Assembly (NCBI RefSeq): GCF_963506605.1 | Contig: NC_083290.1 | Coordinates: forward strand, 26,040,001 to 26,104,000 | From: Zootoca vivipara | Taxonomy: Eukaryota | DNA: 64,000 nucleotides | Reading direction: 5' to 3' | Part shown: one piece after another, positions 24,371-34,170 of the stretch | How positions within the stretch are numbered: position 1 is the first letter of the stretch | Layout of the letters: each line of letters starts with the position of its first letter | Made by a program: the position numbers and the translations under genes | Notes under the pieces: model-generated | What the model saw: only the letters and a program-made list of their open reading frames with translations | Told to the model about the DNA's origin: nothing | The model's database searches: none

Positions 24371-25362
24371 CATTGCCAAGGAAAAAGAACACAGCTAAAT
24401 TCTAGCAGGTCAGCATGAAACCTCCCCGCGCCCCCTCCCTTCTTATTATATATTTTTTTATATAAAAAAAGCCCAGTCAGGCCGATCTGGCATTCTCCCC
24501 TACTTCAGATGCCAGCACCACTCACACAGTTACTATCTTTGTCTCACACAGAGAGAAACAAGGCACTGTTTCCGATTTCCACTGCAGCCTGGCTGTGTCC
24601 TTCCTCTCCACTCTGGCTGTGTTGAAACAGAATGGTTTCTCAATGAGACGTCTTGGTCTCATTGAGTTGCCCAAGAAAGTCGATTTGCGGCAGAATCTGC
24701 ACAGACAAAAAGGAAGTACACTTCCACTCTGTGCGGCCAGTGCTTAGAAAACTCACTGCCACAAGATGTGGTAGTGTCAGCAACTACTTTGGGTGGTTTC
24801 CTTTATTTTTAAGGGTGAGATAGATCCGTGGAAGAGATGCCCACTGCTAATAGCCAAGATATCTGAACACAGATCATCCACGTGCCTCTGGTTACCAGAT
24901 GGTGGAGGCAAACAGGACATACCTACTGCCTCAATGCCCTGCTTGTCATCTTCCAAAGGTCTTCAGGTGGCTGCTATTAGAAACATCATACTAGTGCAGA
25001 GGGAGCTGGCAAGGATTTTTCCTCTTTCATAGAACCATAGTGCTGGAAGGTGCCTTAGAGGTCATCTAGAACATAAGAATAGCCGCTGGATCAGGCCAAA
25101 GGTTCATCTAGTCCGGCATCCTGTTCTCACAGTGGCCAACCAATCTAGCTTAACCCAGTGCTCAGTGCAGCATCAGCAATGGCAAGATCCATGACAGATG
25201 AATTAAATACTTTCACTGAGAGAAATCCCAGAGTTGAACCATCGGGGAGTTTCTAATACATAGCCAAAATCTGCTCTCCATTTACTTTCCAGTCATCTGT
25301 TTTAGTCCTGTCCTTTGGAGTGACACAGAAAAAGTTTTCTTTCTTTCTTTCTTTCTTTCTTT

Positions 25363-25900
25363 GAATGAATTTATTAATACGGTCGCAGACCAGCATCAAC
25401 ACACACAGTAACACAGATCACAAAACATAACAAAAATACAAAGGGCAGTGTGAATATAACGAGGATTTAAATACAAAAATTAAAATCACTTATTTACGAA
25501 CTCCCTGTAGTTAACATTTAGGGGTTGGGTCATTACGGGATACCACTTGCTTCCTGCGATTGATTGCAGACACGCAAAATTTGGCTACATTTAATGTAGT
25601 CTTGGAGTTCTTGTCCTCTAGCAGTAGTTTTAAACTATGATGTTCGGATTCTTTCATGGACTTTTGCAGGACAGGTGTAATAAAAGTCAAACGTATATCT
25701 TCATACAAATGACAGCGTAAAAGTACATGTGAGGCAGTTTCTACTTCCATAGAGCCACAAGGGCAGACCCGTGCTGTATATGGTTTACCCTCAAATCTGC
25801 CCTGAAGTAAGGCAGAAGGGAGAACATTGAATCTGACGAGGGTAAAAGACCGTCTGTATTTGGGAATCTGAATTTCTGACAGATAGTTTGCTGGGGCGAA
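25363..25900 (-). mobile_element. Non-LTR retrotransposon 3' fragment (RTE-X-like, tentative)
   Basis: Reads RFNVLPSALLQGRF...CPCGSMEVETASHVLLRCHLYEDIR (C-terminal CCHC finger of a LINE ORF2), then a 3' UTR with AATAAA; flanked by (TTTC)n on both sides. Confidence 0.65.

Positions 25901-25970
<70 letters not shown>
25901..25970. repeat. (TTTC)n microsatellite
   Basis: Visible. Confidence 0.95.
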
Positions 25971-25971
<1 letters not shown>

Positions 25972-26623
25972 ATCATTTGACCTTATTGATCTGGAAGCCT
26001 TTGCTTGCTTGAATTCCATTTCTGTTCACGTGCTCAAGAGGTATATTGAATGAAGGTACAGTACTTTGTTATCCGTTTGGCCTCCTTGCCATGTTTGGAT
26101 CTGAACTTTTGAGTGTTTGTTTACTTCCTCATATCTTTCTCTTCAAGTCAAACACTTCCCATCCCCTTTCCCTCTGATTCAGCTGCTAAGAATAAGAGCT
26201 GACTAATGAAGCCTACTGGGCTAAATTTAAAACTGGGAGTGTTAAGTCTGAGTGCTCAGGCTCCTGAAAGAAGATGCAAGGCTGCAGCCAGCCATTACAC
26301 CACCTCCAGCTGAGCATGACATGAATGCTGCCTGACCTGTTTCCACTCTCTCTGTTCCTCTTTCTTCGCCCCCATCCCTCCAAGGGTGTGACCCGAGCTG
26401 TGCGTTGGTGGTACCCGTAGCTGGGAGTTGCCTTTTGCCAGATCTGTAGTTGTGATTGCACCTGAGGTGGGGCACCCCTCCGATAGAGCTGGCTAAGCTG
26501 AGCTCTGATTGCTAAATTTACGGAAGGACTGGACATGTGTTTCCATATACTGGCAATCATTCCCATGCCCTCCTTGAGAGCTTCTCAGAGGCATCTGGCT
26601 GGCAGCTATTGGGAATTGTCTTT

Positions 26624-27062
26624 ACCATGATGGCAGCTCATGTTTTGTTAGCCCAAAATTGGAAAATGAGCGAGGTCCCAGCCAAAGAAGAATGGCAACT
26701 TAAACTGATGGAATATGTGCCGCTTGTGGATCTAACTTATAGAATAAGAGAAGAACATTCATTTAAGGAAGATTGGAAAATGTTTATTGAATATATGGGG
26801 GGAAATTGTGTACACTTGAAAACATTGGCAGCATTAAGATAAATTCAACAGTGTAAATAAGTTTTGATGGAAGTAATAATGGAATACTGAATGGTTTAGT
26901 TTATATAAAATATGTAGGGATTTATGCTATGCAGAATGAACCATGGAAAAAGAAGAAGGGAAGTCATTTATATTTTAAGGTTGTTTAAATGAATATTCTT
27001 AATTGTGAAACAGAAAATTTAATAACACGCATGCATGCACACACACACACACACACACACAT
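26624..27062 (+). mobile_element. L1-like LINE 3' fragment ending in (CA)n
   Basis: AAHVLLAQNWK...EEWQLKLMEY...FKEDWKMFIEY resembles an L1 ORF2 C-terminus; AT-rich 3' UTR; TSD TGGGAATTGTCTTT at 26610-26623 and 32030-32043. Confidence 0.7.
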
Positions 27063-27067
27063 ATGGG

Positions 27068-27443
27068 TGTTATGTACTGAGCTGAATCCTAGAACAATAG
27101 GATTCAGATTCAGCGGGAGCTACCCAATCCAACTCCAGGTGGAAGTGAATCCGCAACCTGATTGGCCTGCTGGAGCAGCCAATCAGGCGGCTGGCAGAAG
27201 TGAATCTGCTACCTGATTGGCCTGTAGGAGCAGCCAATCAGGCTGCAGGTAAAAGTCAATCCACAATATAATTGGCCCACAGGTGTAGCCCTGAAGTAGC
27301 CAATCACGCAAGGCCCATTGTGTAAATAATGTATATAAGCAGATGGTTTTGGGAAAAGAGCCATTCGTCTTCTCTTCTCCTCCTTGATGACTATGAGCTG
27401 AATAAAGAGCATGAAATTCACTCTTGACTCCGAGTATATTTCA
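27068..27443 (+). repeat. 5' LTR (CCAAT array, TATATAA 27332-27338, AATAAA 27401-27406)
   Basis: Direct repeat of 31653-32028. Confidence 0.97.
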
Positions 27444-27444
27444 C

Positions 27445-27462
27445 TGGCGACGAAGGTGGGAT
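27445..27462 (+). other. Primer-binding site complementary to the tRNA-Ser(GCT) 3' end
   Basis: TGGCGACGAAGGTGGGAT is the reverse complement of ATCCCACCTTCGTCG-CCA, a vertebrate tRNA-Ser(GCT) 3' end as I recall it. Confidence 0.8.
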
Positions 27463-27571
27463 CCTGCTGAGCTGACCGCCACCACGCACTGCACCGCAGC
27501 ACCGCCACCTGCTGCACCGCTGCATCGCACCGTGCATCCAGGCTTCAGCTCCAGGACCCAAGGAACCCAGA

Positions 27572-30500
27572 ATGGCAACCGACAGCAGCTTCTCGCCATT
27601 CAAACCAGCATCAGGAGACTGGGAAGGGTACGCCGCCCGTTTCAACTTCCTCCTGCAAGCGAAAGAAGTCACCAACGATGCCACGAAGAGGGCGACATTC
27701 TTCAGCGTCTGTGGAGAGGAGACGTTTGAAATCGCCCGGGCTCTCCTTGCACCTAGAGATGTCGCTACCGTCTCTTACAAAACAATAATGGAACGGCTGA
27801 AGGAGCACTTCTCACCACAGCCCTCGGTGGTAGCTTGCCGAAATGCCTTCTACGCAAAGCGGCAAGCCCCGGGGGAAACCATAACTGGGTTTGTGACCTC
27901 CCTCCGCCAAGCCGCCCGGTTATGCAACTTCTCAGAATTGGAGAACATGCTTCGTGACCGCCTCGTCGGTGGCCTGAGGGACGAGATGTTGCAACGACGC
28001 CTCTACACCAAAAAAGACCTCACGTTCCAGATTGCTCTGGAGGAAGCCCTGGCAACCGAAGCCGCCGAGAGGTCAACGCAAGAGGCACGACCGGCCCCGC
28101 CATCCCAACCGAGGGTCTACCACGAAGACCTCACCGACGAATCCGAATCTGACAGGGAGGAAGTACACCGAGTACAGCGGCGCACTCAAGCAGCACACAC
28201 ACCACAGCAGCCTCGAAGAGAAGGAGGGAACTGTGCAAGCTGCGGGGAGAACCACGAGAGGAGGACCTGTCGTTTCCGCAACGCAGAGTGCAGGCAGTGC
28301 AGAAAATTGGGACACATCGCCCGGGTGTGTCGGGCTCGACTCACCCGTCGACAAGCATCAGATGACCGACCCAGGAGCCCCAGGTCACACGGCACCATGC
28401 ACCAAGGCAACTCGACGGAGATCACGGACTACCAGGTATTCCAGTTGCCCCATCCCAGCACAGAGAAAATTTATATAGAGGTACAGATAGAGGGAGCCCC
28501 ATGCCGCATGGAGCTGGACACGGGTTCAACTCTATCCATAATCTCGGCCCGAACATTAAGGGAACTGTGCCCTAATGGGGGTCCCAAACTAAGGCCGGCC
28601 CCATTCACCCTCCGGGACTTCCAGAAACGTAAGGTCCCTACTATGGGGGTGGGGACCTTCAGGGTGCAATATCGAGGGCGAAAGCAACAATTGGACTTGC
28701 TGGTAGTGAAGGGCCCCTACGTTAGCTTACTGGGACTGGCATGGTTTGGACCTCTGGGGCTAGCCGTTACCGGGGTGAACCGCACTAGCTTACAAGTGGA
28801 CGTGGACGCCATATGCAAAGAGTTTCCAGGGGTTTTCGATGGGGCATTGGGACGATATACAGGACCCCCCATTGCCCTACAGCTAGACCCCGCTGTACGA
28901 CCCATCAGGCACAAGGCCCGCCGGGTCCCGTTTGCCCTGAAACCCCGCATAGACGAGGAATTGGACCGGCTCGTGGAGCAAGGAGTGCTGGAGCCGGTGC
29001 CCAACGCCCCCTGGGAAACTCCAATTGTCACACCCGTCAAGCCTAACGGTTCGGTCCGCATCTGTGCAGACTACAAATGCACCATAAACAAGGCTCTCAC
29101 GGCCCATGCATACCCAGTGCCAGTGGTCAGCCATGTCCTCGCCACCCTGGCTGGGTCAAAAATCTTTGGCAAACTGGACTTGGCCCAAGCGTATCAACAG
29201 TTGCCTGTGGACGAAGCCACAGCAGAGGCTCAGACGATTGTGACGCACAGAGGGGCATTCAGAGTAAAGCGGCTGCAATTTGGCGTTAGCGTGGCACCAG
29301 GCATATTCCAGAATCTAATGGACTCTCTCCTTAAAGGGATTCCTGGTGTCACCCCCTTCTTCGATGATGTACTGATCGCCGGGCCCACACCAGAGGAATT
29401 TGAGGACCGCCTCCGCTCCGTCCTGCACCGTTTCCAGACGGCGGGCCTCAAGGTGAAGCGGGAAAAGTGTTTACTGGGAGTGCCGCAGGTGGACTTTCTG
29501 GGATTTAAGGTGGACGCAGAAGGGGTCCATCCAACCGGTGACAAGGTACGGGCCATTTGTGAGGCCCCAGCGCCCAAGAGCAAGCCCGAACTTCAGTCAT
29601 TCTTGGGACTATTGAACTTTTACCATGCCTTCCTTCCCCATAAGGCAGCGGTAGCGGAGCCCCTACACAGACTCCTAGATAAAAGGGCCCCTTGGGTGTG
29701 GGGCCAGCGACAAAGGGCCGCATTCCAGGCAGTCAAGGACTTGCTCGTCTCGAACTCGGTCTTGGCACACTTCGACGAGAGGCTGCCAGTGGTGCTGGCA
29801 TGCGACGCCTCTCCCTATGGCATCGGCGCTGTCCTGGGACACCAACTCCCGGATGGAAGAGAGGTGCCGGTGGCATACTTCTCCCAGACGCTTGCTGCAG
29901 CCGAACGAAACTACTCACAGATTGACAAGGAGGGTCTGGCAATCGTGAAGGGCGTAAAAAAATTCCATGATTTCTTGTACGGGCGGCCCTTTACCATAGT
30001 GACTGACCACAAGCCGTTGCTTGGCCTGTTTGCCCCTGAGAAGCAGACCCCCCAAGTGTTGTCTCCACGTGTCCTCAGGTGGTCAATTTTCCTTGCCGGC
30101 TACCAGTATGCACTAATCCACCGCCCTGGGAAGGCGATGGGCCACGCAGACGCCCTCAGCAGGCTACCACTACCAGAAACAGGCCCCGACCCAGCGCCTG
30201 CGCAAGAGGTTATGACCCTGGAGCTGCTTCCCGACCGACCCATTCAGGCACAAGAAGTTGCGCACCATTCCACAAAAGATAGGGTCATCTCCCGGGTCCT
30301 GGACTGGGTGTGGCGAGGATGGCCCAGCAGCAGCCCCGGGCCAGAATTCGCTGGCTACACAAACCGCAAACATGAACTGTCGGCCCACAAGGGGTGCCTG
30401 TTATGGGGAAGCAGGGTTGTTGTTCCCCAGCCCCTCCGCAAAAGGGTCCTCACAGCCCTACACGAGACACACCCAGGGGTAGTGAGGATGAAGGCCCTTG

Positions 30501-31642
30501 CCAGGAGTTATGTGTGGTGGCCGGGGATTGACAGAGAGATAGAGGCCTGGGTCCAACACTGCCAGACCTGCCAAGAATCCCGCCCGGATCCCCCAAGGGC
30601 CCCAGTCCAGCCCTGGGAGTCCGCCCGACATCCATGGTCACGCTTGCACGTGGACTTCGCTGGCCCCTTCCAGGGAAAAACATTCTTCATAGTGGTGGAT
30701 TCCTACACCAAATGGCTGGAGGTCGCACTGGTACCATCCACTTCTACGGCGGCAGCCATCCGGGTACTACGTAAGCTGTTTGCGACCCACGGGCTCCCTG
30801 ACACCCTCGTCTCGGACAATGGAACCGCATTCACGTCAGAGGAGTTCCAGACCTTCACAGCGCAGAACGCCATCCGCCACATCCGCTCAGCACCATTCCA
30901 CCCTGCCACCAATGGCCAAGCGGAGCGCATGGTGCGGACCACCAAGGACAGCCTCCGCCGCATGACACAAGGGGACTGGGAATACCGCCTTGCCGCATTT
31001 CTTCTAGCACAGCACAGCACCCCAAGCACAACGACGGGCCGGAGCCCAGCTGAATTACTAATGGGCCGGCGCCTTGCAACTAGACTGGACCGACTTCACC
31101 CCGACAGAGCTCAGGATGAGGTAGTGGTGGGGAAAGGCAGGAACCCCCGGACATTTGTGGCCCAGGACCCAGTGTATGCAAAGAATTTTGGGGCAGGCCC
31201 AGCATGGGTACCCGCCACAGTCACCAAGGTGACCGGTCCCGTGTCGTACGAGGTACTAACGGAAGGGGGGCAATGTTGGCGCCGCCACTGCGACCAGATA
31301 CGGCGACGATTCCCAGGAGGAACCCGGGAGGAGAGCGGGACAGAGGGGTCCCAAGGGGACAGCAGGGCAGTGAGGCCTGTAGAGCGAGAGGGGTGGGCAG
31401 AGGAAGCAGAAGCAGTAGGCACAGAGGGGCGCCCCGAGGCTGGAAGGACACCGGAACCAGAGCTACAACCTAGTGGTTCAGTGGCGCCAGACCAGACAGC
31501 CCCGGCACAGCCAGCAGCCTCGGAACACGAGCCAGAACCAGAACCCCTGACCAAGGAACACCCCAGGCCACAACGCACACGGAGGCGGCCAGCAGACCTT
31601 GGGGACTACGAATGCAACTTCCCGGGCAGGACTGGAACTTAG
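27572..31642 (+). CDS. Gag-Pol polyprotein (Gag, 2 zinc knuckles, protease, RT, RNase H, integrase), 1356 aa
   Basis: CASCGENHERRTC and CRQCRKLGHIARVC; LDTGS; LDLAQAYQQ...FFDD; DASPYG...TDHKPL; HETH...CQTC; VDFAG...SDNG...AERMV. Domain order PR-RT-RH-IN is Ty3/Gypsy. Confidence 0.97.
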   Translation: MATDSSFSPFKPASGDWEGYAARFNFLLQAKEVTNDATKRATFFSVCGEETFEIARALLAPRDVATVSYKTIMERLKEHFSPQPSVVACRNAFYAKRQAPGETITGFVTSLRQAARLCNFSELENMLRDRLVGGLRDEMLQRRLYTKKDLTFQIALEEALATEAAERSTQEARPAPPSQPRVYHEDLTDESESDREEVHRVQRRTQAAHTPQQPRREGGNCASCGENHERRTCRFRNAECRQCRKLGHIARVCRARLTRRQASDDRPRSPRSHGTMHQGNSTEITDYQVFQLPHPSTEKIYIEVQIEGAPCRMELDTGSTLSIISARTLRELCPNGGPKLRPAPFTLRDFQKRKVPTMGVGTFRVQYRGRKQQLDLLVVKGPYVSLLGLAWFGPLGLAVTGVNRTSLQVDVDAICKEFPGVFDGALGRYTGPPIALQLDPAVRPIRHKARRVPFALKPRIDEELDRLVEQGVLEPVPNAPWETPIVTPVKPNGSVRICADYKCTINKALTAHAYPVPVVSHVLATLAGSKIFGKLDLAQAYQQLPVDEATAEAQTIVTHRGAFRVKRLQFGVSVAPGIFQNLMDSLLKGIPGVTPFFDDVLIAGPTPEEFEDRLRSVLHRFQTAGLKVKREKCLLGVPQVDFLGFKVDAEGVHPTGDKVRAICEAPAPKSKPELQSFLGLLNFYHAFLPHKAAVAEPLHRLLDKRAPWVWGQRQRAAFQAVKDLLVSNSVLAHFDERLPVVLACDASPYGIGAVLGHQLPDGREVPVAYFSQTLAAAERNYSQIDKEGLAIVKGVKKFHDFLYGRPFTIVTDHKPLLGLFAPEKQTPQVLSPRVLRWSIFLAGYQYALIHRPGKAMGHADALSRLPLPETGPDPAPAQEVMTLELLPDRPIQAQEVAHHSTKDRVISRVLDWVWRGWPSSSPGPEFAGYTNRKHELSAHKGCLLWGSRVVVPQPLRKRVLTALHETHPGVVRMKALARSYVWWPGIDREIEAWVQHCQTCQESRPDPPRAPVQPWESARHPWSRLHVDFAGPFQGKTFFIVVDSYTKWLEVALVPSTSTAAAIRVLRKLFATHGLPDTLVSDNGTAFTSEEFQTFTAQNAIRHIRSAPFHPATNGQAERMVRTTKDSLRRMTQGDWEYRLAAFLLAQHSTPSTTTGRSPAELLMGRRLATRLDRLHPDRAQDEVVVGKGRNPRTFVAQDPVYAKNFGAGPAWVPATVTKVTGPVSYEVLTEGGQCWRRHCDQIRRRFPGGTREESGTEGSQGDSRAVRPVEREGWAEEAEAVGTEGRPEAGRTPEPELQPSGSVAPDQTAPAQPAASEHEPEPEPLTKEHPRPQRTRRRPADLGDYECNFPGRTGT

Positions 31643-31652
31643 AGGGGAGGGG

Positions 31653-32028
31653 TGTTATGTACTGAGCTGAATCCTAGAACAATAGGATTCAGATTCAGCG
31701 GGAGCTACCCAATCCAACTCCAGGTGGAAGTGAATCCGCAACCTGATTGGCCTGCTGGAGCAGCCAATCAGGCGGCTGGCAGAAGTGAATCTGCTACCTG
31801 ATTGGCCTGTAGGAGCAGCCAATCAGGCTGCAGGTAAAAGTCAATCCACAATATAATTGGCCCACAGGTGTAGCCCTGAAGTAGCCAATCACGCAAGGCC
31901 CATTGTGTAAATAATGTATATAAGCAGATGGTTTTGGGAAAAGAGCCATTCGTCTTCTCTTCTCCTCCTTGATGACTATGAGCTGAATAAAGAGCATGAA
32001 ATTCACTCTTGACTCCGAGTATATTTCA
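31653..32028 (+). repeat. 3' LTR
   Basis: Direct repeat of 27068-27443, preceded by the PPT and followed by the TSD. Confidence 0.97.
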
Positions 32029-34076
32029 ATGGGAATTGTCTTTCTCTAAACTAGAGTGAACTTTTAGAGGTGAACTTTCCTCAAAACAAGAAGCAGTCAG
32101 TTTAACTGCAGCCAAAACTAAGGTGGGAGCTAGTTTAAAATAAAACACTAGGGATGGATGAATCAGTCAATTTCTGTTTCTATTTCTCAAACTTCAATCC
32201 AGTTCACTAAATTTCCACATTAGTTTGAGGGTTGTTTTTTTTAAGTCCTTGCAAAAAATCACCAGCATTTTAGTGTGCATTTCCCTTAATCCATTTTGAC
32301 AAGCAATTTCACCTCATACAATGCACTTTTGTATCATATTTGCACTGATATTTGCATTTCTAGGAATCATTTTCCACTGGAGAGCAGCACGGCATTTGCA
32401 GGAAAGCGAATTTCACAGGAGAGAGAAATTGATGAGAGAGGCTGGTATGCTTTTATACTTTCCATTTAAAAGGGCACGGGTTCTCCCTTGAGCCATCTTG
32501 TGACAGCCAGGACCAGATGCTACTGAAGTAGGATGGAGCTGTAAGGTGGGGGGTTGGTGGGTGGGGGCAACATTTTGCCTGGCTGTAGCCAGCTACGCTG
32601 AGATGGCTTCCTTCTCCAGTTTCGTCCCATGTAAATAACGAGGGAGACAAGATGTCTGTGCACCTGCTGCCCCAAAGGGTCTTCAATAAGTCTCTGGTTT
32701 CACATCACATCACAAATGAATAAGGGATGGTGACTGCGATGGTGATGCTTCTTGCACTCTGTCAATCATTTCTACTGAGGAAATATTGCAGTCCTCTGCC
32801 TGCTTTCCTGAGGGTAAGAACTGAAGGGCTGGGCCTAATGGAGGGCATTTGGTTGTGGGGAAAATCATTAACACCTTTGTGTCTTGTCTTTCCTCCTTGG
32901 CAGGACATTTTACAAGGGACGGCACAGTTTGTTACTCACAGTACCCCAGGGAGGTAGATTAGCATTTGAGAGACTGGCCCAAGGTCACACTGTATGTTTC
33001 ACAAAGCTAAGTGTGATAGGGATCTGCCCGCACTGGGAATCTTAGTGGATGCTGGACCGATTCAGACAGGTTGAGGCAGATTGAAGTAGCTGCCTCAGGG
33101 GGCCAATGCTGGGGTGGGGGCAGAAAGGGGCAGCCTCTCCAGATGTTCCTCTCGGGGCCTCTGGCTGTACGCTTCTGTTGGGGACACACATCTTGGAGTG
33201 CCACACATCTTGTCCTGCCCCTTCCAAGCCTCATAACTAGCCTGCTTCCTTCATGTACAGACAGTTCAGAACTCTATCCTGTTGCCAGTGACAAAGTAAG
33301 ATTCAGCTCTCGGTCCAGTTGGTTTATCTACAGTGCAGTGCAGGGGTTAGGGTTAGTGGTTAGGGTGCTGGACTGGGGTTCAAATCCCCACTCAGCCATT
33401 AAGGTCACTGGATGGGCGACCTTGGGCTAGTCATCACCTCTCGGCCTGAACTACCCCGCAGGGTTGTTGTGAGGACTTGGTGAGCTGGTAAGCGCTTTTA
33501 CCTGAAGTGGTCTGTAAAAGATACTCAGGTACGCTCCCCATAGTTCATAGTTGTGGAGCAGCCACACAGAATGCCTCTAGTCTAGTCATCCTGGGAGTTG
33601 ACATGAGCTGATGAGACTTGTAGTCCAAAACTGCTGGAGGGCACCAGGTTGGGGAAGGCTGGTGGGTGGACTCCGTGAGGGAGTCATGGAGAACACAGTG
33701 GGACTGGAGGAGAGGACACTGCCTGTGGCTACAGTCAGCGCTTCATTCCATACATGTGGCTTCCCATCCAGTTGTCCCACAACATGGCTGGCTTGGGAGA
33801 ATCACAAATTTCTGACATTTCTAACAGCTGCAACTACGTTGTCAGAGGGCTGCACAGTGAAAAGATGCCTCTCGGGTGGAATGCAGCAAGGAGCTCTTTG
33901 GTCATCGTTGGGGGCTTGGCGTTCCAGGGCCTGCCTATCTATTTTGGTCCATATTTTATCACTTGCTCCCCCACCCCATGGAATTTGCCCCAGGAAAACG
34001 TCGCAGTCGGACTGCAGCCTTCGCGAGGAGACACAGAAACAGGTAGTGAAAGACGTCCATTCCCCCAGCAAAGACC

Positions 34077-34170
34077 ATGGCTGAGCGCACTGTCCCTCAC
34101 GCCTACCCCATGAGTGCGGAGTACGAGTTTGCCAACCCCAGCAAGATTTATGACCAGAACTTTGGAGAAG
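34077..34170 (+). CDS. HSPB2: HSPB2 exon 1
   Basis: ACCATGG; MAERTVPHAYPMSAEYEFANPSKIYDQNFGE G|gtaaga; head-to-head with CRYAB. Confidence 0.95.

Larger units (their letters stand above)
27068..32028 (+). mobile_element. Full-length Ty3/Gypsy LTR retrotransposon (Mag-like)
   Basis: TG...CA LTRs at 27068-27443 and 31653-32028 (376 bp, identical by eye); TSD ATGGG; PBS 27445-27462; PPT AGAGGGGAGGGG 31641-31652; intact gag-pol. Confidence 0.98.

Noticed and set aside
27140-27305. Regularly spaced palindromic repeats resembling a CRISPR array
   Set aside because: Eukaryotic LTR U3 modules; spacers are mutually similar and there are no cas genes.
31321-31642. Acidic, proline-rich C-terminal extension of the integrase as a possible env or chromodomain
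   Set aside because: No hydrophobic segment or chromodomain motif; a low-complexity tail ending RxRRxP..L.DY is usual for this retrotransposon group.
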